A stretch of DNA of 64,000 bases from Camelus dromedarius (lineage: Eukaryota). The notes under the pieces are model-generated. The model searched no databases and was not told where the DNA came from. It saw only the letters and a list, made by a program, of their open reading frames with translations. Positions 1 through 12,400 of the stretch are shown here, one piece after another (position 1 is the first letter of the stretch; each line of letters starts with the position of its first letter). A program made the translations under genes and the position numbers. The DNA lies in NCBI RefSeq assembly GCF_036321535.1, contig NC_087437.1:58778001-58842000 (forward strand), given 5' to 3'.

Positions 1-1053
1 AATATTGAATCCAAGATCACACAGCTGCCAAGAGTGAAAGTCAGGAAATCTGATGCCAAAACTTGAGCTCTTATACACGTGGCTATTCTTCTCCTATCGG
101 TGATCAGTTATGAAGTTCTGTTGGAATAAATGAGGTCTCTTTCAGCTCTGACACTCTACCTGTGGTATTGCTTACAGTGACATATATTTTAGACTTCGAT
201 CTGTTGTTTAGATTGGGATTCTTTTTAGACAACATTCACTGCTCTTAAGCCACAGAATCAGAAGCTCCTGCCATCACTCCTGCAGAGCTCTGCTTCTAGG
301 AGGACTGGAGGAAAGGTCCATTGAAGGAGAGCGATCAAGGGTAGCACTGCCCACACTGGGCACCAGGGACCAAAACTTTGTTGAAAAACCACTGAAAAAG
401 AGAGCCCCTAGTTACGGTGCAGAATATATGGATCTGGACCCTCCCATACCTAGAGACTTCTGCTCCCTGGAAGCATGTGAGCAGCGGGTCATTCTCCTAA
501 CAGAGGAGTTACACTGTGTTGAAATCTACATGCCCTCGTTCTCGGTGATGACTCACAGTCTGCACTTCCAAGATGGCGGGCCAGGGCCTGAATACAGCAT
601 GTGACCTGGTGCCCACAAAGCTTTGTGGCTTTGGTGTGTTTTTTACTTTGCTTACTGACCTAGTAGATGTGTGGCTGTGGGGATGGGGTGGTTTGCTGAG
701 AGGGGAGTGACAATGAGGACAGCCAAGATCTGCACCTCAGCAGTCTATGTTCTAAAGTAGGGAGCTACCAGTCAGATGGAAAAAAGGAGACCATTCACTG
801 CATGGTTTGACTGGTCCCAGAAGCTCATTTTAGCTCCCAAATTGTTTTTTATGAGCTGAATTCCCTTTCTCCTCTCTCTTTAACCAGGTTGTATTTCCAT
901 TTGGTTAATTACTAGTTGCATGGGCAAGTCCTTCCATTTTTCCATTACTAGGTTTTAATTTTTCATTATTGACACACACCAAAAATGATAGGTTTTTTTT
1001 TTTTCCACCAGACAGTTAAATCCTGCTTTAGGAAAGTGTTTTTATGGTGTAAG

Positions 1054-1206
1054 CCAGTGCTTCTCAAACTTTTTTGTATGTAAGAATCACTCGGACGTCT
1101 TATTAAAAAGGCCAGTTCTTCTGTAGGCCTTGGATGCAGTCTGGAATTCTCCATTTTAAACCAGCTACCAGGTGATGCCAGTGCTGCTGGACCCCAGGCC
1201 ACATCT
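1054..1206. mobile_element. MER5-type hAT-Charlie DNA transposon remnant
   Basis: Begins CAGTGCTTCTCAAACTT..AGAATCAC and ends CATTTTAAACCAGCTACCAGGTGATGCCAGTGCTGCTGG, matching the MER5A/B pattern. Confidence 0.75.
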
Positions 1207-1237
1207 TTTTTTAAAAATAACGTATGTAAATCTTTCA

Positions 1238-1860
1238 TTTTTTTCCAGGTTTAATGACATATAACATTGTACAAATTTGAGGTCTACAAAGTGATGACTT
1301 AATTTATGTGTATAACATGAGATGAGTGAGTACTGCAATAAGTAAGGTTAGTTAATGCATCCATCACCTCACATAATGACTGTGGTTTTTGTTTGTTTGT
1401 TTTTTGCTTTTTGGGTGGTGAGAACTCTTAAGGTCTACTTTGTAAATCTGGAAAGTATGCAATACAGTGTTGTTAACTGTAGTCCCCATGCTGTACATTT
1501 GATCCCTAGAACTTACTCATTTAACATGTGGAAGTTTGCACCCTTTGACCAACGTCGTCCCATTTCCCCTACCCCACCATCCCTGGCAACCACCGTTCTC
1601 CTCTCTGTTCCTGTGAGTTTAGATTATTAGATTCCACATATAAATGAGATCATATGGTATTTGTCTTTCTCAGTCTGACTTACTTCACTTAGCATAACGC
1701 TCTGAAGTTTGCAACCATATTGTTGCAAATGACAAAACTTCCTTCTTTGTTAAGCAATGTTTTGTTATATATATGTATATATGATATATGTGTGTATATT
1801 TTACACATATTAATATATGTATATATTAACCATGTATCACATTTTCTTTATTTATTCATA
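1238..1860 (-). mobile_element. L1 3' end (ORF2 tail and 3' UTR), 5'-truncated
   Basis: Reverse-strand L1 hallmarks AGATTCCACATATAAATGAGATCATATGGTATTTGTCTTTCTC and CTGGCAACCACCGTTCT; T-rich left end; internal (AT)-rich expansion at about 1767-1830. Confidence 0.9.
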
Positions 1861-2049
1861 ACACACAGACCTGAAACCAGCCAGAAGTCAAGGCAGAAGG
1901 TAGCCCCCACTCTGTTTGAATTACACAAATATTTGTGCGTGTGTGTATACACACCTGTACTCCAACTGCTAATTTGCTCTGATGCCAAGTGTGAACTCTG
2001 GATTTAGACACAGGTGTGATTGGACTAATGAGCATTTTTTTAAACTTTA

Positions 2050-2285
2050 AAATGTTTTTATGTTGAACTAATTTTAGACACAGAAAAGTTATAAAAATAG
2101 TACAAAACTTCCTTACAGCCCTCCGTCTGCCTCCCATAACGTGAACATCTTACAAAACCCTATAAAGCCCTGTACAGTGATTAAGAACAGGACATTAACG
2201 TTGGTACAATATTATTAATTAAATTACAGACCTTATAAAGTTTTCACCAATTTTTCCACTAACATCCTGCTTTCTTTTTTTTTTT
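2050..2285 (-). mobile_element. Old L1 (L1MC/ME-like) 3' UTR fragment
   Basis: TAATTTTAGACACAGAAAAGTTATAAAAATAGTACA...ACATTAACGTTGGTACAATATTATTAA is typical of old L1M 3' ends in reverse. Confidence 0.7.
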
Positions 2286-2424
2286 AAGGAAAGGAAAAAG
2301 TAGACAGTGGAGTGACTTGCTTTTTCATTAAAAATTTTTTTTTCACCTAGGACTCATAGTATCTGAAAGATCCTTCTGTATCTTTTCCTTAAATCCCTTA
2401 ACTTTCCTTTATATTTTCTATTTC

Positions 2425-2540
2425 TCTTTTTGTATTGAGATAGAATTGACATAGAATACTGACTGTATTAGTTTCAGATGTACAGCATAATAATTTGATA
2501 TATGTATTTATTGTAAAATGATTGCCAGAGTAAGTTTGTT
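2425..2540 (-). mobile_element. L1 extreme 3' end fragment
   Basis: TTGTATTGAGATAGAATTGACATA..GTATTAGTTTCAGATGTACAGCATAA is an L1 3' terminus in reverse. Confidence 0.75.
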
Positions 2541-2599
2541 AGGACTAAGGGTTATTTGATTAAAGTAATGAGGTCCAGTGGCATCTGGGGCCTGTAGAA

Positions 2600-3760
2600 T
2601 GACATCTTAACTCCTTGCCTGGCATTAAATCCTCCCTCACTCACAGCATGGCCCTCCCAACAGTCTCTATCTTTCTACCATCTGGCTTCAGCCACAGGAA
2701 TGTCTCCTCTCCTAGGCAAGCTGGTGCTCGCTCCCCTCCACATCTTTGCTCACATCCTCTCTCTTCCCAGAGACCCCCAGCTGTCTCTACTTGACGAAAT
2801 CCTGTCCATCTTTTGAGGTTCAGCTCAAAGGCCACCTCCTGCACAAAATCTTCTCTAACTTCCTTCAGTCCCATCCAAACTGAGCTCTCCCTCCTCCATG
2901 CTTCTGCAATACTTTGAAGCCCTCTTATGACACATCACATCCCACCTTAGTATGTATTCCTTTATGTTCAGTTTTTCATTCATTCATTCAGAAAATATTT
3001 CTCATCCTGCCATGTGCAGGCTCTGTTCTTGGTGCTGAGTTTACAGTGGAAGATAAGACAGGCAAAGGGCTGAAGAGACAAATAAAGCCGGGTAGGAAGA
3101 TAGAGAATGAAGCGGGTAGGGAAATTCCTTTAGATGTGGTTTTCCAGAAAAGCCTCTCTGAGGACTTGAGGTTGGAGCTGGCCCTCAAATGAAATGGGAT
3201 CAAGCTGTTACAGGAGCACCGCAGGCAGAGGGCATGGCCAAGGCGAATCATTATGATAAGAAAGAGTCTGGGAGGTTCCAGGTCAGTGCTTCGCAAGCCT
3301 CAGAGTGCACGGGAAGCCCCTGGGGATCTTCTAAAATGAAGATTCTGATTCAGCAGATGGGGGGGCAGGGTGAAGCCTGAGATTCTGCATTTCTAACAAG
3401 CTCCCAGGTCTTGTGACCACATTGAAACAGTCAGAAAGCAAAGTTCCAGGAGCAGAAGGAAGACAGGTGTGTCAAGAGCAGAGCAAGGAAGGGAGGCCAG
3501 AGAGCGGGCTGGGGGCCAAGCCAGGAAGAGCTCCCGTAGCCGTGGTATGGAGCTGATGTACCTTCTACCTGACACGAGAGGCGGTGGGAGAGTTTCCGGC
3601 AGAGCAGTAATACAGTCTGGCTTCCTCTTTAGAAGGAGAATAGACTGGGGAGTGAGGAGGGAGAGGAAAACTCGGGAGCAGAGGTGCGAGGCTGTGGAAC
3701 TCTCCAGGTGAGAGGAGGTGAGGGTCTAGGATGGCCTCACCAAGGAGGGGAAAGGTGTAT
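2600..3760. mobile_element. L2 fragments in both orientations, interrupted by a MER5A element at about 3285-3430
   Basis: CTCAAAGGCCACCTCCT (L2 sense); CATTCATTCATTCAG..GGCTCTGTTCTTGGTGCTG (L2 3' end reversed); GATTCTGATTCAG..CTGAGATTCTGCATTTCTAACAAGCTCCCAGGT (MER5A). Confidence 0.7.
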
Positions 3761-3949
3761 AGGGACCCCCGCTGTTTACACACTCTGGGGACCCCTTGAG
3801 AATAGGGACTGTGTCTTAACCGTTCTCTGTTCTTTTTTATTCACACTTCGTGAGAGGTGACACCCCTGCTGTTCTACTGACACTGATCTCCCAGAGGCCA
3901 CAGGTGACTTTTGTGTAGGAAAATAATCCCACTTTCAAAGCGTCTCTCA

Positions 3950-4520
3950 CCCCTGCTCTTCAACATTGGCCTGGACGGCCTAGCCAGTTCGGCAGGGTCC
4001 AAAAGGGGAAAAAACCACACATACTGGAAAGAAGTAAAACTGTCTTCTTGTGAACAAAGTAACTGTGTATGTAGGAAATCCTAAGGAAACTTCTAAAAAA
4101 AACCTCTTAGAACCAATAAATGAATTTAGCAAGGGCACGCGTTATGAAATCAATATGCAGAAATCAATTATACTTCTATATGCTAGCAAAGACGAACCCA
4201 AAGGATAAAACTTCAAAATATCTATTCATAGCAGCATATAAATACTTAAGATTACATTTATTAGAGATATTTAAGGCCTATACACTGAAAACTATAAAAC
4301 AGTGCTGAAATTGAAGGCCTGAATAAACAGAGAGATATATATGATTATGGTTTGGAAGTCTCAGTATTGGTAATAAGAGAAGGCAGTTCTCCCTAAATTA
4401 ATCTATAGATTCAGTGAAATCTCACTAAAAATTCCAGCAGGGTTTGTTTTGGGGGGGGGGGGGGTAGAAATTGACAAGCTAATCCTAAAATTTATTTGGA
4501 ATACAAATGACCTAACTTAA
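3950..4520 (+). mobile_element. Decayed L1 ORF2, left part of an interrupted old L1
   Basis: GAAAGAAGTAAAACTGTC, AATAAATGAATTTAGCAAGG, TAGAAATTGACAAGCTAATCCTAAAATT; reading frame broken. Confidence 0.85.
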
Positions 4521-4530
4521 ACAAAACAAA

Positions 4531-5359
4531 CTTTTTATTTTTAACTGTGCTCAAACACATAACAAAATTTACCATCTTAACTATCCTCCAGGTGTACACT
4601 TCAGTAGTGATAAGTGCACTCACATTATTGTATAACCAATCTCCAGAACCCTTTTCATCTTGCAAGACTAAAACACTATACCCATCAAATGACAACCCCT
4701 CACTCCCCCGTCCCCTAGGTCCCGGGAACCACCATTCTACTTTCTGTCTCTGTGAACGTGACTCCTCTAGGTACCTCCTTATAAGTGGAATCATCGTGTT
4801 TTATCTTCATGTGACTGACTTATTTCATTTAACATGTCTTTAAGATTCATCTATGTTGTACTTTGTCAGATTTTTCTTTCTTTTTAAGTCTGAATAATAT
4901 TTCATGATATGTACATACTGCATTTTGTTTAACCATTCTTCCATTAATAGTCACTTGGGTTGCAAACACCTTTTGGCTATTGTGAATAATGCTGCTATGA
5001 ACATGGGTGTACAAATGTCTGTTCAATATCCTGCTTTCAATTCTTTTGGGAATGTGCCCAGAAATATAATTACTGAGCCACATAGTAGTTCTATTTTTAA
5101 TTTTTTGAGGAACCGCCATCCTGTTTTCCATAGAAGCTGGACTATTTTACATTCCCACTGACAGTGTACAAGTTTCTTTACGTCTTTGCCAATTCTTATT
5201 TTCTGGTTTTGTTTTGTTTTGATAGTAGCTACCCCAATAGATGTGAGCTGGCATCTCACTGTGGTTTGGATTTGGATTTCTCTGATGTCGAGCATTTTTT
5301 TACATGCTATTGGCCATTATATATCTTTTTGGGAGAAATGTCTATCCAAGTCCTTTGCC
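4531..5359 (-). mobile_element. L1MB-like 3' end inserted into the + strand L1
   Basis: ACATAACAAAATTTACCATCTTAAC, TTGTGAATAATGCTGCTATGAACATGGGTGTACAAAT; ORF 5023-5295 gives L1 ORF2 C-terminal-like [39 protein letters not shown]. Confidence 0.92.
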
Positions 5360-5360
5360 A

Positions 5361-6816
5361 CAAAACAATTTTTTAGAAGAACAAAGTTAGAACACTAATT
5401 CTACATAATTTTATGACTTACTATTAAACAACAGTAATTAACACAGAGTGGCATTGGATAACAATGGACATACAGATGCATGGAACAAAATTGAGAGTCT
5501 AGAAACAGACTTTCACTTATATGGTCAATTGATTTTTCTAAAGGCACCAGCACAAGTCAATACGGAAACAATTAGTCTTTATAAATGATCTTAAAGTAAC
5601 TGGATAGTCATTAAAAAAATGATATTAGCCTTGACCTTTCTTCACACCATACAAAAAATTAATTCAAAATGGATCATGGACCTGAGTATAAGAGATAAAC
5701 TATAAAACTTCTAGAAGAAAACATAGAAAAAAATCTTCATGACATTGGGTTAAGCAAAAATTTCTTAAGACACAAAAAGTACAAATCATAAAAGAGAGCA
5801 CTGATTCATTAAACTTCATCAAAATTTTACAATTTGTTCTGTGAGTGAAAATTAAAAGGGAGACCACAGTTTGGGAGAAAGTATTTGCAAACTATCAGAC
5901 ATATTCAGATTATATAAAGAACTCTCAATACTCAGTTACAAGACAAATAATCCACTTACTAATTGGCAAAATATTTGAACTAATACTTCACCAAGGAAAC
6001 TATGAATGGTCTATAAGCACATTATAAAATGTTCAATATCCCTGGTCATTGGGGTAAAACAAATTAAAACCACAATGAGATACCACCCTATGCCCACCAA
6101 AATAGTTGGGGGGACAAAACAAAAGACCTGACAATACCAAATTTTGAGAAGGATGTAGAGAAACTGGAACCTTCATAAGTTGCTAGTAGAAATGCAAAGT
6201 GTATAGCCTCTTTGTAAAACTATCTGATAATTTCTTTTAAAAATGAACACATGCTTACTGTGCAACCCAGCAATTGGACTTCTGAGTATTTACTCAAGAG
6301 AAGTGAAAATATATGTCCTCCTAAAGTGTTGTTAGTAAATTCCCAATGCTGTATTAGTCATAGTAATCCCAAATGGGAAATGACATAAATGACCCTCAAC
6401 TGGTGGATGGATAAACAAAATAAAGGACATTTCTATAGTGGAATACTACTCACCAGAGAAAGGGATGAATTACCAACATACTCAACAGCACAGAGGAGTC
6501 TCAAAAACAGGCTGAGAGAAAGAAGCGAGACACAGAAGACTCTATGATCCTATTTGTATGAGATTTCTAGAAATGGCCAAATTTTGATGACTAAAGCTTA
6601 TCTTTGGTTGTCAGGGGCTGGTTGTGGGATCAGGGATTAACTGTAAAGGGGCACAGGAGACATTTCTGCAGTGATGAAAGTGTTCTAAAACTTGAGTGTG
6701 GTCATGGTTGTACAACCGTGTCCATTTCCTAAAATTCAGGGAACCATACACTTAAAATCAGTGAGTTTTATGGTATGTAATTTATACCACAATAAAGTTG
6801 TAAAAAAAAGAAAAAA
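5361..6816 (+). mobile_element. Decayed L1 ORF2 and 3' UTR, right part of the interrupted L1
   Basis: Continues ORF2-like sequence (ATGGAACAAAATTGAGAGTCTAGAAAC, AAAACCACAATGAGATACCAC); ends with AATAAA at 6791-6796 and an A-rich tail at 6802-6816. Confidence 0.9.
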
Positions 6817-9800
6817 CTTTACTATGTAAAACCTACCAACTCAAAATAAAGGAAAAACCCTCCAAACCCCACAGACACCTCTGCTGGAGACACCTGTGGT
6901 TCCACAGTTTTCTGGTTCCTTCAAACCTCCCTGATGGTTTCCAGCCTGCTCCATAGACCACCCTCCTCTGCTCACCCAGCAACAGCCACAGCCCCCAGAG
7001 CTGGCCCTCCGCCCCCTTCTCTCCGACACCAAAGCCCCTCTAATGGGCCTTCTCTTATATACCTTTGTTTTAACTGCCCCCAGGAGCAAGTGATTCCCAA
7101 GGGTAGCACTGCTTTGCAGACCAGCAGGGATAATCACTTATAATGCAGGCCACGCTGCTGCGCCTTTCCTGTGTCATCTTCCTCATAAGAATACCCTCCC
7201 TACTTCTCTTTCTCTGACTCTCTCTTTTCTTCTTTTAAGAGTCAGGTTAAATGGCATCTCTCCCAGGAAATCTCCTGTAAACCCCCAGACTGAGCTGGGT
7301 CCCTCCTAAGTTCTCAGAGCTACCGGCCACACATTCATCAAGGGCCCCAGTTGTGTTGACGTCCTTGGCTTCTATGGCCCCTCTCTACTCCTCCGTGACT
7401 GAGAAGCTGTCTTCTTTATATTTCACCTTACAACCCCAAACTGTGACAGAGGCTCAGCAAATGCCTGCTGATTGAGTGAATCATGGCAATTCATTTATTT
7501 CTTAGTGATATCAGGAAAAAGCTACACACACTTTTAACCACTTCTCCCCCGCCAAAAAGATGTGTATGGACGGATGGGCAGGATGAATGAGATGAACTGG
7601 TACCATTCCCTCCATCTGAACGGCGGATGCCCCCTCCACTGGGAGAAGCTGGGGTGTGGGAGGGACTGATTTGCTGGGCCCGCCCCATAGAGTGGCGCCT
7701 CTGCACTCACGCTGCCCTGGGCGGTGAAGTTTCAATATCTCCATCCCCTGGAGTCAAGGGCAAGGGGACTAGAGGAGCTGAAGGGGATCTGCTGCCCCAT
7801 TCTCGGCCCTCTTCACTCTTGTTTGTCACCTTGTAAAGACACAGCCAAGAGACACCCCCCCCCCCATCCTGCTGAAGGGTGGTTTATCAGCTCCTGGAGG
7901 CATCAGCATTGGAGCAAGTTGGAGATTCAAAATCCCACCTTCAGACCTGCAGAATGATTCTGCTTTCCTCCTTTTTCTCTCATTCCAGCGACCCCTGTGG
8001 GAGTTGGTTATTAATTTCCCCACCTGCAGTGCCAGGCCTCCCCATTCACACCCCGGTGTGTTTGAGTAAGAACCCAGGTGTTGGTGTTAGCAGCTCATTA
8101 AGTAAGAGCGGGAGGAGGGGAAGAATCCAAGGCGCTCAGAGAGAGTGAAGCTTAAAGGATCAGACCCTCTCCCTCCTCCCCGTGCTGGGTTCTTCTCTAC
8201 CATATATCCTGTTCCACCTCGGGACAGCTCCCACTAGGGAGGAATCTCAATTTGGAACCACAATAGGTCCCCTGGACGCATCCCCTACAGTGCATGCGCT
8301 GCCCTCGGGGGTCTTCCCCATGGCGCTCTCTCAGGTATGTGGAAACAGCTCTCTTGTCCCCAAGTCTTTTCTTCTCCAGGCCAAAGGTCTTCCATCCTAC
8401 AAATCTTCTCCATGTGACATGGTTTCAGGTTCCCTCAGCAACCGCCCTGCTGTTACCATGCCATCTGCAAACTTCCCTTGGCTCCCTGGGGATTCAGAGC
8501 TTCAATGTTCTCCTCAACCTCCCAAGTCCAGTCATCAGCCCAGATCAACTTTTTTCTCATTTTGTTTTGTTCTCAGTTGGTTCGCCGTGCTCTTGGCAAA
8601 TAGACACAGGCTAGAAGCTTACTCAGCTGCAGTAGCAGCAGAAAGGGCTGTGTCCCCTTCATCTCTGTCTCCCCGAGGGACCCACTATCGTCCTGGGGGA
8701 ATGGGTGGGTGTCAAGGAATTGTTTGTGCAAGTGAATGGAATTAAGAGATCTGACTGGAACCTTAGAAAAGATCATAATTACGTGGATTATGACCTATGT
8801 AATTGACCAGATCGATTTTTCTTTTTTTTAAGTCCTCAGTTATCATCAGCAACATGGTCAGTCCGTAGGTGGTAAAAGGAAGGTGAAAGGTCCTTTCAGC
8901 TAAAGCAGGTCTATGGAGGGCCTGCTAGGAGCCAGTTTCTGTGCCAGATTCTATTCTAGAAACATGGCTCTTCACCTTCCTTTCCTCAAGGGCAGTGTAG
9001 TATCCACATCTTCCCTTCTCAGTTAAATAACTCAGTTTGGAAAGCCCATTCTTGAATTTAGGATTCATATGTATGTTAATGGCTCTGCGGACAGGCAAGA
9101 CGTTGACACGTGCTTCCCCGAGAAGATGGATGCTTTCCCAGAGCTCTGCAGCTCGTCTGACGTAGCCTACAAGGCCTCCCCTGCTCTGGGCTCCAGACCT
9201 TGACTTTCTCTTCAAACTAAACTGCCAGGAAAATTACCAGTTCAAGGCAGGTCCTCACAACTCACAGAGGGGAGAGGCTGTCCCAGTGCAAGTCCTGAGT
9301 CTGAGGTCAGCCACGGGGCTGGGGCTTCAAGGATTTGCCATCAATTTCCCTGGTGACCTTAGACCTGTCTCTCTGGACCCCAGGCTCCACATTTGCAAGG
9401 AGCCCTAGAGACTCTTAGAAGTTGGAAGCAGTCCCCGATACTGATTTAGGGCCCTTGGGTTTCTGGAAGCACTCCAGATCTGAGGCAGGAAAAAAAAAAA
9501 TCATTGCCAAGATGTAAATTTCAGAATCAGAAGCGCTGTTTTGTGAATTTATGTTTTAAACTTAAAGGTTGTGGCAAAGATGACCTTCTACTTCTGCCAA
9601 AGGAACAAAACCTCACATGCCAGAGTTCTTTGCTCTGAAAGTCTTTTTTCTTTCTTTCCTTCTTTCTTTCTTTTTCGTTTAGCTTCATGGGGATCACTGG
9701 GGAAAGTTACTGCCTTTGCACACTGTAGCGCACCAGAGCGTGGAAAAGATCTACAAGAAACCTAATTAAAATATAACGCAGGGGTAAGACAAAAAGCCCA

Positions 9801-11003
9801 CGCCATGCCGCATGAGGGGGGACCTTCAGGGCTAACTTTTGATTCCGATCCAGGCTCTCAGCAGAAAGCGACCTTCCTCTCACAGATCCGTGGGACTGAG
9901 GGAACCGAGGGGACTGGGCCAACCAGGACCACTCAGAGGAGAACAATGCCCTTGGTGACATTTAGGTCACATTTGTCTGAGGTTCCCACACATCCCCATG
10001 GAATCTGGAAGATTAACAGTGAAAAATGACCTATTTTAACAGGTGCACACTTGTGTGTAAGTGGAATTTAGCCGAGCATGGAATTATTTTAACATGGAAA
10101 TAAGTTGCGGACATTCAGAAACATCACTGTTTTGACCACACAGGAATCAGACACATGGTCAACATTGGAGAGTTTCTCAGGACTTGAAATGGATGTGTTG
10201 GTTGGATTTTTCCAGAGGAAGCTACAATATCACAGAGAAATAAACACTAATGTCTACAAGACATGACTGTTCATGTTCAAATTCCTTCTTCAAAGCATGT
10301 CCCTTTACTCAGAGGAACAGAGAGCAAAACTTCCAGAGAGGAAATCTGTTTGGGGAAGATCATTTCAGTGATACCAGAAAACAGCAGGTGAAGGAGACCC
10401 ACAATTCTCAGCATAACGCTTTTGAAAGGTGCAGTGGTCCAGAGAAAAGAGCCCTGGTCGGGTCAGAAGCAGTGGTTCAACACTTGGCCTGTTCAACCCA
10501 GCCCTAAGGCAAGACGCTGAACCGCTTGGTGCCCTAGCTTTCTCTCCTGTGAAATGGGTTCCTGAGCCTGCCCGCAGCCCACCTCACAGGGCTTTGAAAA
10601 GAACAAATTCACTGATGCATGACAGACACTCTGTGAATGTGAAACACGGTCCCCGTGGGAGGGCTTCATGGCCAGTGGATCCGTCATTGCTGTGAGCGTG
10701 ACTCGAAGCTGCATGTGACCTAGGGCAGAACAGCACCGGAGGGACTGCTGGGGTCCAGTGGTGTCTCCAGGAGAAAATAATTCTTTTCAGAGTGACAGCT
10801 GTTCTCTTCTGTGGCTTGACTTCCCCAGGAAACTGTTCAGGGGATTTGGAGATAGGATCAACAGTAGTCACAGGGTGAGGGGAAGCATATTTCCTTAGAG
10901 GTAAAGACTTGAAGCTTGCCTTTTCAAAATAGCCAGATGATACCTTTTAAGAGCAACTTAAACGGCCCTAAAGATATGATTTCAATGTCTCTTCATCAGA
11001 TTT

Positions 11004-11005
<2 letters not shown>

Positions 11006-11041
<36 letters not shown>
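11006..11041. repeat. (TG)18 microsatellite
   Basis: Uninterrupted TG run. Confidence 0.97.
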
Positions 11042-11042
<1 letters not shown>

Positions 11043-11099
11043 AAATACCTTAAAGAAATGTTGACTCCTGGTCGTTTCTTTTGGAGAAATGGAAACATT

Positions 11100-11410
11100 G
11101 GCTGCGTCACTTTTTCATGTCACTTAATCTTTCTGACGTGAGTATCGACACCTTTCGAAGGAGGAAGATCTAACTGTGCCCTGTCCACGCTGCAGGGCTG
11201 CGTGTGCGGATTTGAGCCTGCGTGTGTGTACATATGCACATACTGTAGGATGCAGAAAATGTGCTCACTATGCTGAAAGGATGTTTTTCTCTTTTTCTCT
11301 TCTACACACACACACACCCCACCTGAGGCTATGGATATGGTGACGTCATTCAGAAAGAAGACAGAGCTTGCATATGGGAAGCTGGTTTCTGAGCGTAAGA
11401 TTTAAAAGGG
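11100..11410. promoter_or_regulatory. Candidate cAMP-responsive element cluster
   Basis: Full palindromic CRE TGACGTCA at 11341-11348; half sites TGCGTCA 11103-11109 and TGACG 11134-11138; TATA-like TTTAAAA at 11401-11407; sequence not recognised as a repeat. Confidence 0.4.
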
Positions 11411-11444
11411 AGTGAGTGAGCAGTGTTTGGTCAGGGATGGTAAC

Positions 11445-11645
11445 TGTGACCATGTATTTAAGGCCTACTTTGTGCCAGGCACATGATGAACCATATCATC
11501 ATTTAAACTTTACAACAACCTGGGGAGGTGGGTTTGTCCCTTTTCGCAAATGAGGAAGCAGAGGCTCAGAGACGCCCGCTAACTTGGTCAAGGTCACACA
11601 GCCTGTAAGTGGCAGCGCTCTTCGGCTGGTTTAGTGCTCTGCTCT
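11445..11645 (-). mobile_element. MIR SINE
   Basis: GTATTTAAGGCCTACTTTGTGCCAGGCAC..TTTCGCAAATGAGGAAGCAGAGGCTCAGAGA..AACTTGGTCAAGGTCACACAGC is the MIR core. Confidence 0.85.
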
Positions 11646-12094
11646 GTCTCCTCCAAAACTGGCCCCTGCAGCATAGAACAGGGGACAGTGCAGGAGTCAG
11701 GGATCCTCAGCTGTTCACAGACAGTGACAAGCTGGTTCCTGAGCCCTTGTGCTTTGTCGTTTGCGTAGTCTGTCCATGTTCCCTGGATCCCTTTCACCTT
11801 TTCTAGCCTGTTTTCCAGTTCTTGGGCCCATAGCTCTATGACAACTGAGGTTCGCATGCTCCATTACAGGTGCTCCAGCCCCGGGCCTGCTCCACCTTCT
11901 CCTCCAGCCCAGCCACCCCAGGTTCCCAGGCTGTCGGCAGGACCCACAGCCAGGGCAGTGGGAGAGGGGGCCTTGCTCAGGAGTGAAGGCTGTCAGACTC
12001 TGTTTCCTGCAGCAGGGGGCCCCTGGGCCCTGGCTCTGGCCACCCAGGAGACAGGGCCTGCCTGGGCAGGGCAGCGGCTTTGAGAGGTCCTCCA

Positions 12095-12400
12095 GCTGCC
12101 TTGTTTACCGTTGCCCAGACTCCCGGGCCTGCCCGCGGCCCCGGGAAGTGACAGGGAGGGGGTGGTTTCAGTCGCTGATGAAAGCCGCCGAAACCAGAAC
12201 CCGGCACACATGAAAAGACGGAAAGAAGAAGAGACACGGGCCAACCCCCAGGTCGCAGGCGTGATTGGGCTTGTCTCCCACTAGGGGAGATGGAGAGGAC
12301 GGTGGCGTCAGCCCCCAGAGTGAGTGGTGCGCCTCCGCGGGGCCGCCTCTGAGCCAAGTGACTGAGTCTGAAATGGTCTGTGAGGGCGATGCCCGTGGCT
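12095..12400. promoter_or_regulatory. Small CpG-rich candidate promoter/enhancer
   Basis: Local CpG enrichment; forkhead TGTTTAC, ETS-like GGGAAGTG, reverse CCAAT (GATTGG), GGCGTCA half-CRE-like site; donor-like AGA/GTGAGT near 12320. Confidence 0.35.

Noticed and set aside
160..279. Minus-strand 120-nt AG..GT bounded segment that could encode MLSKKNPNLNNRSKSKIYVTVSNTT
   Set aside because: Weak donor (GTAGAG) abutting an old repeat end, stop codons in all three frames upstream of or instead of that ATG, and an unrecognised peptide.
12163..12196. Hammerhead-ribozyme-like CTGATGA...GAAA core (12175-12193) with flanking TGGTTTC/GAAACCA complementarity
   Set aside because: The 8 nt between CUGAUGA and GAAA (AAGCCGCC) cannot form stem II, there is no stem I, and GAAA would be sequestered by pairing with TTTC. 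It is a chance hairpin.
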